Positions 24,818 to 32,000 of a stretch of 32,000 nt of DNA are shown here, piece after piece. Position numbers and translations under genes: made by a program. The stretch lies in assembly GCF_000015805.1 (NCBI RefSeq), contig NC_009073.1:1977314-2009313 (forward strand), read 5' to 3'. This stretch comes from Pyrobaculum calidifontis JCM 11548. GTDB lineage: Archaea > Thermoproteota > Thermoprotei > Thermoproteales > Thermoproteaceae. The notes below the pieces were generated by a model. That model was not told the DNA's origin and made no database searches. It saw nothing but the letters and a program-made list of their open reading frames with translations. The first letter of the stretch is position 1. Each line of letters begins with the position of its first letter.

Positions 24818-25615
24818 ATGATACTCCAAGTCGTTGAACAAGTTCTATTCGCCATATTGGTCTTATTCGCGTTAATAGTCTTGGTGGCAATTCTCTCTTC
24901 TGCGATTAGGATAATCCCAGAGTATCAGAGGGCTGTCAAGTTTAGGCTTGGCCGCGTGGTGGGCGTCGTGGGGCCCGGCATTGTCTTCATTATACCTATT
25001 ATAGACACCATTATGCGCTATGATCTAAGAGTTGAACTCGTGGATGTGCCAGCTCAGAGGGCCTTGACGAGGGATAACGTTGAAGTGACTATAGATGCTG
25101 CGATATATCTCAGGGTGATAGACCCGTTGAGAACTGCGCTGACGGTTAGAAACCACGTGCCTGCCGTGGCCACATACGCGGCTTCTACATTACGCGACGT
25201 AGTTGGCATGGTTGACTTAGACACATTACTTGCACACAGAGACGAGATTGCAAAAAGAATAGCCTCTATCGTTGATGAACATGTGACGCCGTGGGGCGTG
25301 AAGGTCACGGCCGTGGCTATTAAGGACATTAAGCTTCCCGACGTGTTGCTCCGCGCCATGGCCAGCCAGGCGGAGGCCGAGAGAGTTAGGAGGGCTAAGA
25401 TTACCCTCGCCTCAGCTGAGTACGAGGCCAGCAAGATCTACCTAGAGGCAGCTGAGAGATATTCTCAAAACCCAACCGCAGTCCAGCTGAGGATGATAGA
25501 CGCGCTTATAGAAATTGCCAGAGAACACAACTTGATAATAGTGACGCCGCCCACCTTTGAATACGTGGCCCTACCTCTGGCGTTGACAAAGAAGGGAAAA
25601 AATGAGGGCGGCTAG
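24818..25615 (+). CDS. SPFH-domain protein (stomatin/prohibitin homologue)
   Basis: N-terminal TM helix, IIPEYQRAVKFRLGR, and an SPFH core ending in the coiled coil QAEAERVRRAKI. Confidence 0.9.
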   Translation: MILQVVEQVLFAILVLFALIVLVAILSSAIRIIPEYQRAVKFRLGRVVGVVGPGIVFIIPIIDTIMRYDLRVELVDVPAQRALTRDNVEVTIDAAIYLRVIDPLRTALTVRNHVPAVATYAASTLRDVVGMVDLDTLLAHRDEIAKRIASIVDEHVTPWGVKVTAVAIKDIKLPDVLLRAMASQAEAERVRRAKITLASAEYEASKIYLEAAERYSQNPTAVQLRMIDALIEIAREHNLIIVTPPTFEYVALPLALTKKGKNEGG

Positions 25616-26888
25616 CCTATTGCTCGTCCTAGCAGTATTCCTGCACGCGTACACTGTGTCCACGTTTTACGTGGTTGAGATAAATAACGTAATTGGGCCT
25701 TACACTCTTTCCCAAGTCCAGCGGGCCATATCTCTTGCTGAACAAAATAACGGGGCTGTTCTTCTACTTCTCTCTACCCCAGGCGGCCTGGCTGACACCA
25801 CGCTCCAGATAATGAGGGAGATAGGCAACTCTCCCGTCCCCGTAATTGGCTACGTCTACCCCGACTATAGCTATGCCTGGTCTGCTGGCACATACATCCT
25901 AATGTCTACTCACATAGCAGCCATGGCGCCTCACACCGTCATAGGCTCTTGTCAGCCTATTGCCGGGGGGACCCCTATCAACGAGAGCAAAGTCTTAAAC
26001 GCGTTAATAGGGTACCTTGAAACAGTATCCAGCTCCTATGGCCGCAACGGGACATTTGCAAGACTATGTATTACGCAGAACGTAAACCTAAACGCAGAAG
26101 AGGCATTACGCTACAAGGTGATTAACCTAATTGCTATAGATGTGGGAGACTTAATCCGGCAGATAAATGGGACAACTATATTGTTGAGAAACAAGCCCAC
26201 GGTCCTTGTGGTAAAGGCCACTGCAACAGTTACAGTACAGCCCACACTCACCGAGACTCTTCAAATGTGGCTAAGCGACCCAGTGGTCTCCAGCATTTTA
26301 TCACTGCTGGCGTTTATACTTCTACTTGCGGCGTTTCTCACAGGACACCCGGCCGCGGCTGTGGCCGCCATTATTCTGCTAATTTTGTCCACGTTTACTA
26401 TACTGCCCACCGCGTGGCTTGGGGTAGCTTTGATTATAATGGGCGCCGTGCTTATCATGGCGGAGGCGCTTATGGGGATGCCGGCCCACGGGGCCGTAGC
26501 CGCCGTGGGGGCCGTGCTATTAGTGGCAGGATTTCTGTCAACATATCCAGCGAACGTCTTTGGGGGCGAGCTCATTAGGATTGAGAATTGGTGGCTAATA
26601 GAGGCGGGGCTCTATATAAACATCGCAGTGCTAGTAGGATTTTTGGCTTTTATGGTATTTAAAGCGGTGACCGTACACCGTAAAAGGCCTCCCTCAGAGA
26701 TACTAACCAGTTTGAAGGGCGTAGAGGGTGTGGCAATTGAGGATATTGGCCCTGACAAGCCTGGCTTTGTCAAAGTATTTGGGGAATACTGGAGAGCCGT
26801 GGCCAACAAGCCTATAAAAAGCGGGTGCAGAGTGCGCGTGGTAGAGCTAAGGGGAGACTTCTTGGTTGTAGATTCCGAGGAGTGTTAA
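25602..26888 (+). CDS. NfeD-family membrane protease (ClpP-class serine protease domain, TM region, C-terminal OB domain)
   Basis: LLLSTPGGL and AWSAGTYI motifs, 4-5 TM helices, and a C-terminal NfeD OB fold (FVKVFGEYWRAV...RVRVVELRGDFLVV). Overlaps the stomatin stop by 14 nt, the classic stomatin-NfeD operon. Confidence 0.85.
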   Translation: MRAASLLLVLAVFLHAYTVSTFYVVEINNVIGPYTLSQVQRAISLAEQNNGAVLLLLSTPGGLADTTLQIMREIGNSPVPVIGYVYPDYSYAWSAGTYILMSTHIAAMAPHTVIGSCQPIAGGTPINESKVLNALIGYLETVSSSYGRNGTFARLCITQNVNLNAEEALRYKVINLIAIDVGDLIRQINGTTILLRNKPTVLVVKATATVTVQPTLTETLQMWLSDPVVSSILSLLAFILLLAAFLTGHPAAAVAAIILLILSTFTILPTAWLGVALIIMGAVLIMAEALMGMPAHGAVAAVGAVLLVAGFLSTYPANVFGGELIRIENWWLIEAGLYINIAVLVGFLAFMVFKAVTVHRKRPPSEILTSLKGVEGVAIEDIGPDKPGFVKVFGEYWRAVANKPIKSGCRVRVVELRGDFLVVDSEEC

Positions 26889-26948
26889 CATGGCTTCTTC
26901 ACCAGGAGTATTCTAATAGGGCCTCAAAGCCGGTATTCAGAGGCTTAA

Positions 26949-26966
26949 CCATGTGCATGGCTTTTT
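26949..26966 (+). terminator. Short hairpin plus T5 tract downstream of nfeD (possible terminator)
   Basis: ccatg-tg-catgg followed by cttttt, about 60 nt after the nfeD stop. Oligo-T is the archaeal termination signal. Confidence 0.3.
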
Positions 26967-27055
26967 GCCGATAGCCTATTCTTGCCGAGCAGCATATCGG
27001 CCGTGCTTCTTTATTAATAACCGCCGTTTATATTAGCTCAGGGAGCTTGTTTTAC

Positions 27056-27220
27056 ATGTTCGTCCACCTCTTGTCGGCCTATGGAGTCATACTCATGGCA
27101 ATGGGCGCTTTTGGGAACGAGGGCGAACTTGTGGCGCTAGGCCTCCTAATGGTAGTCCTAGGAAATCTACACAGAATAGGGGCATTTGCCACGAAAAGAA
27201 AAAATAGACAAACAAAATGA
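27056..27220 (+). CDS. Candidate 54-aa membrane peptide
   Basis: Not in the ORF track. Sequence is MFVHLLSAYGVILMAMGAFGNEGELVALGLLMVVLGNLHRIGAFATKRKNRQTK, with two hydrophobic helices and a basic tail. TATA-like gtttatatta ends about 20 nt upstream of the ATG. Confidence 0.35.
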   Translation: MFVHLLSAYGVILMAMGAFGNEGELVALGLLMVVLGNLHRIGAFATKRKNRQTK

Positions 27221-27226
27221 CCGTCG

Positions 27227-27273
27227 GTGAAGTGCTAAGGGTCTGCTGATTGGTGACGAGTATTTTATGCTGA
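27227..27273 (+). ncRNA. Weak candidate C/D box sRNA
   Basis: GTGAAGT-gctaagggtctg(12)-CTGA-ttgg-TGACGA-gtattttatg(10)-CTGA. aaaaaata lies about 20 nt upstream. The C box is degenerate and the second spacer is only 10 nt. Confidence 0.3.
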
Positions 27274-27324
27274 AGGGTGTTATTCTAATTGTAACCATTA
27301 TATATCGGTGATTTTCTCTTTTGC

Positions 27325-27795
27325 ATGTTTCTACAGCTAGAGCTTGTACTCCTAGCCGTCGCCGTGGCTGTTCTTGTTCTGCTTATTTTCTGGTTTACGC
27401 GGAGGCAGTCTCCTCCTCCGCCGCTACCAGAGGAAGAAGGTGTGAGATATACGCCGGGAGAGAGGGAGATTATTACAAGGCTGGGCGAATTAAGAGAAAG
27501 AATTGACAAGATGATACCTCCATATGGAAGAGTGGGCTATATACCTTCAACGCTGGAGGAAATTAAGGATTTGTTGGGCTTCTCATATGTTAGACTTGGA
27601 GAGAAAGAGGTAGGAGAAAGGCCGCCGTTTATCGACCGCTTTGAAGACCTAGATGTCGACTTTCTACAGGCAAAAGTGGGGGATGTGTATGTGTATATAG
27701 TAAGGAAGGGCGGTAAAAGACTTGTTGCCGCTGGTGATCAATTTCTCGACTATCTCACCGCGCGTTTTCTCTTTGAGTTCCTTGACTACATCTAG
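27325..27795 (+). CDS. Hypothetical membrane-anchored protein (one N-terminal TM helix, Pro-rich linker, soluble domain)
   Basis: 156 aa. attatatat ends about 20 nt upstream of the ATG. No motif recognised. Confidence 0.5.
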   Translation: MFLQLELVLLAVAVAVLVLLIFWFTRRQSPPPPLPEEEGVRYTPGEREIITRLGELRERIDKMIPPYGRVGYIPSTLEEIKDLLGFSYVRLGEKEVGERPPFIDRFEDLDVDFLQAKVGDVYVYIVRKGGKRLVAAGDQFLDYLTARFLFEFLDYI

Positions 27796-28429
27796 CGGAG
27801 ACCTCGGCCGCTAAGTCGCGCTCTACTACGTCGCCTTGTAGAGACACTTCTCTGAAGATTTGGGCCTCGTATACATATATCTTGGTCCGTCTATCGAGCC
27901 AACAGTCTCCGGGTAGCCAAGCCTTTATACATACGTGCGTTAGAAAGTCCTCGGGGCTCCAACACTCCTCAACTGCCACTTGGGGCAGTAGGAGACCTGC
28001 ATAGGGCCCTCTCCTGACGACTAGTCCGTGGACGCCTACTTTGACTTGTTCTAAGTATTTCCTAGGGTCGGGCTTTAGGAGCGTGAGTGGGCTCAGTATA
28101 GACACTTCAAAGACTACCTGGGAAAGCTCCTCTGCCCTCATGGCTGGAAATCGTGGGTCTTGGCAACACGCTCCTATTGCGCTGAGGATAGTTGCATATA
28201 GTGTGTTTTTATAGCCCTCGGGGTAGCCTATGCAACCTCTTAGCTCGTACTTATCTCCTTTCAGAGTTTCAATTGTTGTAAATACGCCGTAGTTGTCTTG
28301 GAGCAGTCTGTCCGGAGGGTTTTCTGGCACTAGGATACTGCCTGTTTTGAGGTAGTGCTCTACCGCGGCTCTTGCGAGTTTCACGAGGTATGCGCCCTCT
28401 ACTAGAGAATATGGCTTAAACATTGACAT
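27755..28429 (-). CDS. AMMECR1-domain protein
   Basis: LRGCIGYP and CCQDPRFP signature motifs. 224 aa. Confidence 0.85.
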   Translation of the reverse strand: MSMFKPYSLVEGAYLVKLARAAVEHYLKTGSILVPENPPDRLLQDNYGVFTTIETLKGDKYELRGCIGYPEGYKNTLYATILSAIGACCQDPRFPAMRAEELSQVVFEVSILSPLTLLKPDPRKYLEQVKVGVHGLVVRRGPYAGLLLPQVAVEECWSPEDFLTHVCIKAWLPGDCWLDRRTKIYVYEAQIFREVSLQGDVVERDLAAEVSARCSQGTQRENAR

Positions 28430-28474
28430 TTACTGCGGCTGTTTTTAAAAGCGTAGCTGGGGAGAACTCTTAAA

Positions 28475-28723
28475 TTGCAACTTGACCAAATTGCTATGCC
28501 TGTGTGTTCTGTATGCGGAAAAGAAGTTAACTTTAAGAATATAGCTTATATTTATGAGGATATATTAGTATGTAAAGATTGTTTCCCTATGTATTATGTA
28601 AAAAATCTGTGTAAGGTGGTTGAAAAAAGACTCCGTGGTGAAAATCCTTTGGCTTGTCATTTTTGCGCATTTAAGAGACAGTGCAACGAGGTAATTTCCA
28701 AGACTTTAAAGTCGCTGTCCTAG
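28475..28723 (+). CDS. Small Cys-rich (zinc-ribbon-like) protein
   Basis: CSVCG...CKDC plus CHFC...C. Visibly AT-rich. tttttaaaag lies about 22 nt upstream of the TTG at 28475. An alternative ATG is at 28496. Confidence 0.4.
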   Translation: MQLDQIAMPVCSVCGKEVNFKNIAYIYEDILVCKDCFPMYYVKNLCKVVEKRLRGENPLACHFCAFKRQCNEVISKTLKSLS

Positions 28724-29847
28724 CCCTTTGATAGCAGGGCCAGGAAAAAGCCAGGGGTGTTGTGGATATGCGGTAGAAAACGTCTACAAGTCTCACAGCC
28801 CCACCCCGGAGCGCCTATTGGGAGATCCAGGTGGAGCGTCTGTGCCCTGGATTTCAGTACCACCTCTTCGTTTTCCACATAGGTGAGCGTGCAGGTTGAG
28901 TATATGACATAGTCCGCTATTTTGAGGGCGGTTTTTAGAAACTGGAGTTGGTACTGCGCCAGAGTCTTTGCTGCCTTGTATGTGACTCGGTGGTATATCT
29001 TTGGTCGTACGCCTATGTCTGTGCAAGGCGGGTCCACCAGCGCTAGGCCTGCCCTTAGCCGTGGGAAGTCTCTATCGAGGTATCTACTGTCGTGGAGTAA
29101 CACATCTACTTGGGCTTCTAAACCGAGGCGCTTGAGTTCTTCTCTGAGACGGGATATCTTGGACCAGGAGCGGTCTACGGCAAAGACTCTCATGCCTAGT
29201 TGAGCCAAGTGTGTGCACTTGCCTCCGGGGGCCGCGTTTAAGTCGACTGCTTTTTCAACTCCGAGGCGCTTTGCTACATGTCCCACAGCTATGGCGGGTA
29301 AGCTTTGACTGTATATTAGCCCCTCGGCGTATTCTGGCAAGTCTCTTATCTTTGGCGCCTTGTAGAGAGACTTCTCTACTTTTATGAAAAGCCCCCTCCG
29401 CGTCTTTAAAACCTCGTCGCTGTTTGCAACAGCAACACCAAACGCAACTACTACGCCGTTGTCCGCCACCACGTTGACCTCGTCTCCCACCTCTACTCGC
29501 TCTGTCTTTATAACTCCGGGGGCGTAGACGTCTGCGCCCACCATTACGCTCTCCGCCGCCTTTTTATCTACCACAACTATCTTCCTCGCCGTTGGCACTC
29601 GAAAGGGGCCTTGTACAGGTAGCCAAATGGCCTCTTCTATGTGCTCGTCCCTATACGCCGGCACCCCTCTTGCATTTAACCGCCTAACTAGCTCATTGGC
29701 AGATATGCGTGACGTGTTTACTCTTACGTAGTAGCGCGGCGGAGGCGTTGTTATTGCTTTAAAGAGTGCATCTATTTCGCCGTCTGTCAAAAATTCCAGA
29801 AAATGTTTATATAAATCATAGTCGATTTCTATTCCATAAAAATTCAT
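28720..29847 (-). CDS. NOL1/NOP2/Sun-family RNA cytosine-C5 methyltransferase with N-terminal PUA-like domain
   Basis: SAM motif DLNAAPGGKCTHLA, motif IV DPPCTDIG, and motif VI YSTCTL. Start moved to the ATG at 29847 (MNFYGIEIDY), sharing one base with the upstream TAA. Confidence 0.85.
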   Translation of the reverse strand: MNFYGIEIDYDLYKHFLEFLTDGEIDALFKAITTPPPRYYVRVNTSRISANELVRRLNARGVPAYRDEHIEEAIWLPVQGPFRVPTARKIVVVDKKAAESVMVGADVYAPGVIKTERVEVGDEVNVVADNGVVVAFGVAVANSDEVLKTRRGLFIKVEKSLYKAPKIRDLPEYAEGLIYSQSLPAIAVGHVAKRLGVEKAVDLNAAPGGKCTHLAQLGMRVFAVDRSWSKISRLREELKRLGLEAQVDVLLHDSRYLDRDFPRLRAGLALVDPPCTDIGVRPKIYHRVTYKAAKTLAQYQLQFLKTALKIADYVIYSTCTLTYVENEEVVLKSRAQTLHLDLPIGAPGWGCETCRRFLPHIHNTPGFFLALLSKG

Positions 29848-30161
29848 TAACTTAATAATTTTAGTATTATCTCCTTGGCCCTTTCGGGGTCTTTTTTTGC
29901 AATTTGCCACAGTTCGTCGTCTATCCTTAAAATGTAGCGGTAGGTCTTGCTACGCTTTGAGCTCGGCTCTGTTTTGAGAAACTTATACATTGAGAGTTTG
30001 CGGAGTAGTCTAGCTGCTTTGAGGATGGCGCTGTGGTTTGAGCCAAAGCCTGCCATCTTTGCGAGCGAGGTTGCTTTAATGCTTACTACTTTGCCCCTTG
30101 CATTTAGTAAGAGCACTATTAGAGCTTCTACAAGCCTTCTTTCAATATTTTCAAACTTCAT
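29847..30161 (-). CDS. Small basic protein, possibly winged-helix-like; uncharacterised
   Basis: 104 aa, AT-rich. cttaaaaatatg lies about 22 nt upstream. Helix-turn-helix-like SLAKMAGFGSNHSAILKAARLLRKL. TAATG junction with the methyltransferase gene. Confidence 0.4.
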   Translation of the reverse strand: MKFENIERRLVEALIVLLLNARGKVVSIKATSLAKMAGFGSNHSAILKAARLLRKLSMYKFLKTEPSSKRSKTYRYILRIDDELWQIAKKDPERAKEIILKLLS

Positions 30162-30265
30162 TGGGCGCTATTTTTCACATATTTTTAAGATTTTCTCGCT
30201 ACATGTATAGAAATTAGCCAATTTTGACTTTTTAAATATATAGCCCGTGGCCGTTAGACTCTAGG

Positions 30266-31366
30266 CTATGTTAAATTCAACAATCGACGTAAGTTTTTGT
30301 GTAGCGGCTGTATAGCTACGCCTTTTTCAGTGATTATCCCAGTAACGTATTTTGGAGGAGTTACGTCAAACACCGGGTTGAACACAGGCACGTCTTTCAC
30401 TGTGACGTATACTGGGCCTTGGCTTGTTCTCACAGTTCTAACCTCGTCTGGGTCGCGCTCTTCTATCTTTACCTCCTCTACTTTGCTCTTTGTGTCTATT
30501 GTGCTCGTTGGGGCAAGCACGTAGAAGGGTATACCAAATTCATGCGCCAAAACAGCCTCGTTTAAAGTCCCTATTTTGTTAAACACATGCCCATCTAACA
30601 GTATCCGGTCTGCGCCGACCATTACCACGTTTACTAACTTCTTGTACATCACTAGGCCAACTGCCGTGTCGGCTATGAGAGTTGTGCGTATGCCGTTTTG
30701 CATAAGTTCGTACACTGTGAGTCTCGCGCCCTGTTGCCACGGCCTCGTCTCCGGCGCTATTACTGACACTTGTTTGCCCAGCGCCGTTGCTATGTATATG
30801 GGCGCGGTGGCCGTGCCTATCCCGGTGCCCGTGGCTAGGCCTCCTGCGTTACATATAGTCAACACGGTGTCGCCGTTCTCTAAAAACTCAGCGCCGTATA
30901 TCCCCATCCGTATCTCGGCTTCAAGCTCTTCTTCAAATATCCTCTTCGCCTCCTCCTCCAAGTCTTGTAACAATTCGTTCACAGAAGCTGTCTTTGACGC
31001 AGACTCCACAGCTTTATTGTACATTCTGTCTAACGCCCAAAAGAGGTTGACGGCAGTGGGCCTAGTTTTGGCCAGCGTATTTTTCGCCTGTTCAAGGACT
31101 TTCAGAGCCTCGTCTATGCTCCGCGGCTTCTTTTCAATCAGGGCAATTACCATGCCAAATGCGGCCGTTATTCCGATGGCCGGCGCGCCGCGAACCTTCA
31201 TTTCTCTTATGGCGTCTGCTACCTCTGCTACAGTTCGCGCCTCTATGTACCTCGTCTCAAATGGAAGTAGGCGTTGATCTAGTAGAATTAGCTTATCCCC
31301 AGCCCAGGAAATAGGCCTAATTTTTGGGCGAAGTTTCTCCTTCAGTTCTTGTACCAACTTCTCCAT
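30266..31366 (-). CDS. eIF-2B alpha/beta/delta-family isomerase, methylthioribose-1-phosphate isomerase-like (aIF-2BI/MtnA-type)
   Basis: [17 protein letters not shown]...[19 protein letters not shown], and [18 protein letters not shown]. Confidence 0.85.
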   Translation of the reverse strand: MEKLVQELKEKLRPKIRPISWAGDKLILLDQRLLPFETRYIEARTVAEVADAIREMKVRGAPAIGITAAFGMVIALIEKKPRSIDEALKVLEQAKNTLAKTRPTAVNLFWALDRMYNKAVESASKTASVNELLQDLEEEAKRIFEEELEAEIRMGIYGAEFLENGDTVLTICNAGGLATGTGIGTATAPIYIATALGKQVSVIAPETRPWQQGARLTVYELMQNGIRTTLIADTAVGLVMYKKLVNVVMVGADRILLDGHVFNKIGTLNEAVLAHEFGIPFYVLAPTSTIDTKSKVEEVKIEERDPDEVRTVRTSQGPVYVTVKDVPVFNPVFDVTPPKYVTGIITEKGVAIQPLHKNLRRLLNLT

Positions 31367-31979
31367 GCACGCTACTTAAGCCACTGGTATTAAACTTAGC
31401 TACTTGATTCACTACTGTTGATAAAATTTTCCTTATTTTTACAGCTGCAGATAGTATCTCATAATTTTTTGCCTCACGAGGAAGTTTTTTAAATAAAGTA
31501 TTACAATCTATTTGTTGACATATACATTGTAGATCTTGGCAATGTTCGATTACTTGTGCTTCTTCCTCTGTGAGGGTGATAAATGCCTCCAATAGTGTTG
31601 CAAAAAATCTAGCAAAGGCATTTACAAAAGCTGTGTATAAGTCGTCTAAAGAGAGAAATATGTAGTCGGGAAGTAGGACTACCTCTACGCCTAACTCCTT
31701 GGCGAGCTCATATGCGCCTTCGTCAGCATAACCTCTTGCTATTATCAACGGCTTTGCGCCTAGTAGCTTGGCGTTTACGAAGGCTTGCCTTATTCCACTT
31801 ATGTCCACCTTTCCAGCCTTAACCTCTATAGCGTAAACGTCACCTTTTTCATCAACTGCGAGTATGTCCACCTCGCCTACTTCGACACCGTTTCTGTAGA
31901 CTTTATACCGTAGGGCCCTGGGCTGTAGACCAAGCGCTGGTAAAATATCAAGCACGTGTTTTTCAAATCTGGCGCCCAT
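31317..31979 (-). CDS. PD-(D/E)xK nuclease-fold protein with C-terminal Cys-containing helical extension; uncharacterised
   Basis: [12 protein letters not shown] ... [23 protein letters not shown] (D...E-x-K core), then an AT-rich tail [14 protein letters not shown]. The 3' end overlaps the mtnA-like start by 50 nt. Confidence 0.5.
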   Translation of the reverse strand: MGARFEKHVLDILPALGLQPRALRYKVYRNGVEVGEVDILAVDEKGDVYAIEVKAGKVDISGIRQAFVNAKLLGAKPLIIARGYADEGAYELAKELGVEVVLLPDYIFLSLDDLYTAFVNAFARFFATLLEAFITLTEEEAQVIEHCQDLQCICQQIDCNTLFKKLPREAKNYEILSAAVKIRKILSTVVNQVAKFNTSGLSSVHGEVGTRTEGETSPKN

Positions 31980-32000
31980 CGATTTTATTACGCGCTTAAT

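Noticed and set aside
25272-25320. C-box-like TTGATGA followed by sRNA-like spacing inside the stomatin CDS
   Set aside because: No CTGA D or D' boxes occur at the required positions (gtgg and ctat instead), and it lies within a conserved coding region.
26889-27055. Possible H/ACA or other structured RNA downstream of nfeD (stems gcctc/gaggc, aagcc/ggctt, gccgata/tatcggc, agctc/gagct, and an ACA at 27053)
   Set aside because: The stems are short (5-7 bp) and mutually exclusive, with no pseudouridylation pocket or K-turn. Only the hairpin plus T5 was kept, as a weak terminator call.
30576-31277. 233-aa plus-strand ORF, the longest unexplained ORF in the track
   Set aside because: It is entirely antisense to the MtnA-like gene, which has strong motifs. 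The sequence is S/A/T/P-rich with no motif. The same reasoning applies to 30297..30524.
1-32000. Search for CRISPR repeats, tRNA or rRNA genes, IS elements and integrases, and long direct or inverted repeats
   Set aside because: No regularly spaced repeats were seen, no T-loop (GGTTCRAATCC) with GC-rich stems, and no transposase or integrase motifs in any ORF. The only notable repeat is the 18-nt palindrome at 24713-24730.

Overview
Gene-dense chromosomal window (about 50 genes) that looks like a hyperthermophilic crenarchaeon of the Thermoproteales (Pyrobaculum-like). Evidence: archaeal information-processing genes (TFE-alpha, aMBF1, eL37, Sm protein, archaeosine TGT), A-type ATPase subunits, and TATA-like A/T boxes 17-28 nt upstream of most start codons with no Shine-Dalgarno spacing, implying leaderless mRNAs. 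Many gene pairs overlap by ATGA, GTGA or TAATG. Content is mostly housekeeping: fixCX-fixA, a MoaD-MoaE fusion, Mrp, Sm-eL37, HflX, pyrB and pyrF, PMM, a stomatin-NfeD pair, an m5C RNA methyltransferase, and an MtnA-like isomerase. I saw no rRNA, tRNA, CRISPR array, transposase or integrase. The parts not explained by ordinary annotation are listed here. (1) Two C/D box sRNA candidates sit tail to tail across an 18-nt perfect palindrome at 24.7 kb, with two further C/D candidates at 20.1 and 27.2 kb. (2) A pilin-less FlaJ/TadC-like plus FlaI-like operon carries two uncharacterised small components and is translationally chained to tgtA. (3) Several short ORFs missing from the ORF track were found by eye: eL37, a 49-aa coiled coil inside the ATPase locus, and a 54-aa membrane peptide. 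(4) There are unusual fusions and couplings: MoaD-MoaE, pyrB-GNAT, and a small wHTH-like ORF with the m5C methyltransferase. Several start codons were moved relative to the ORF track using TATA spacing and overlap logic. All functional calls rest on motif recognition by eye, not on database searches.
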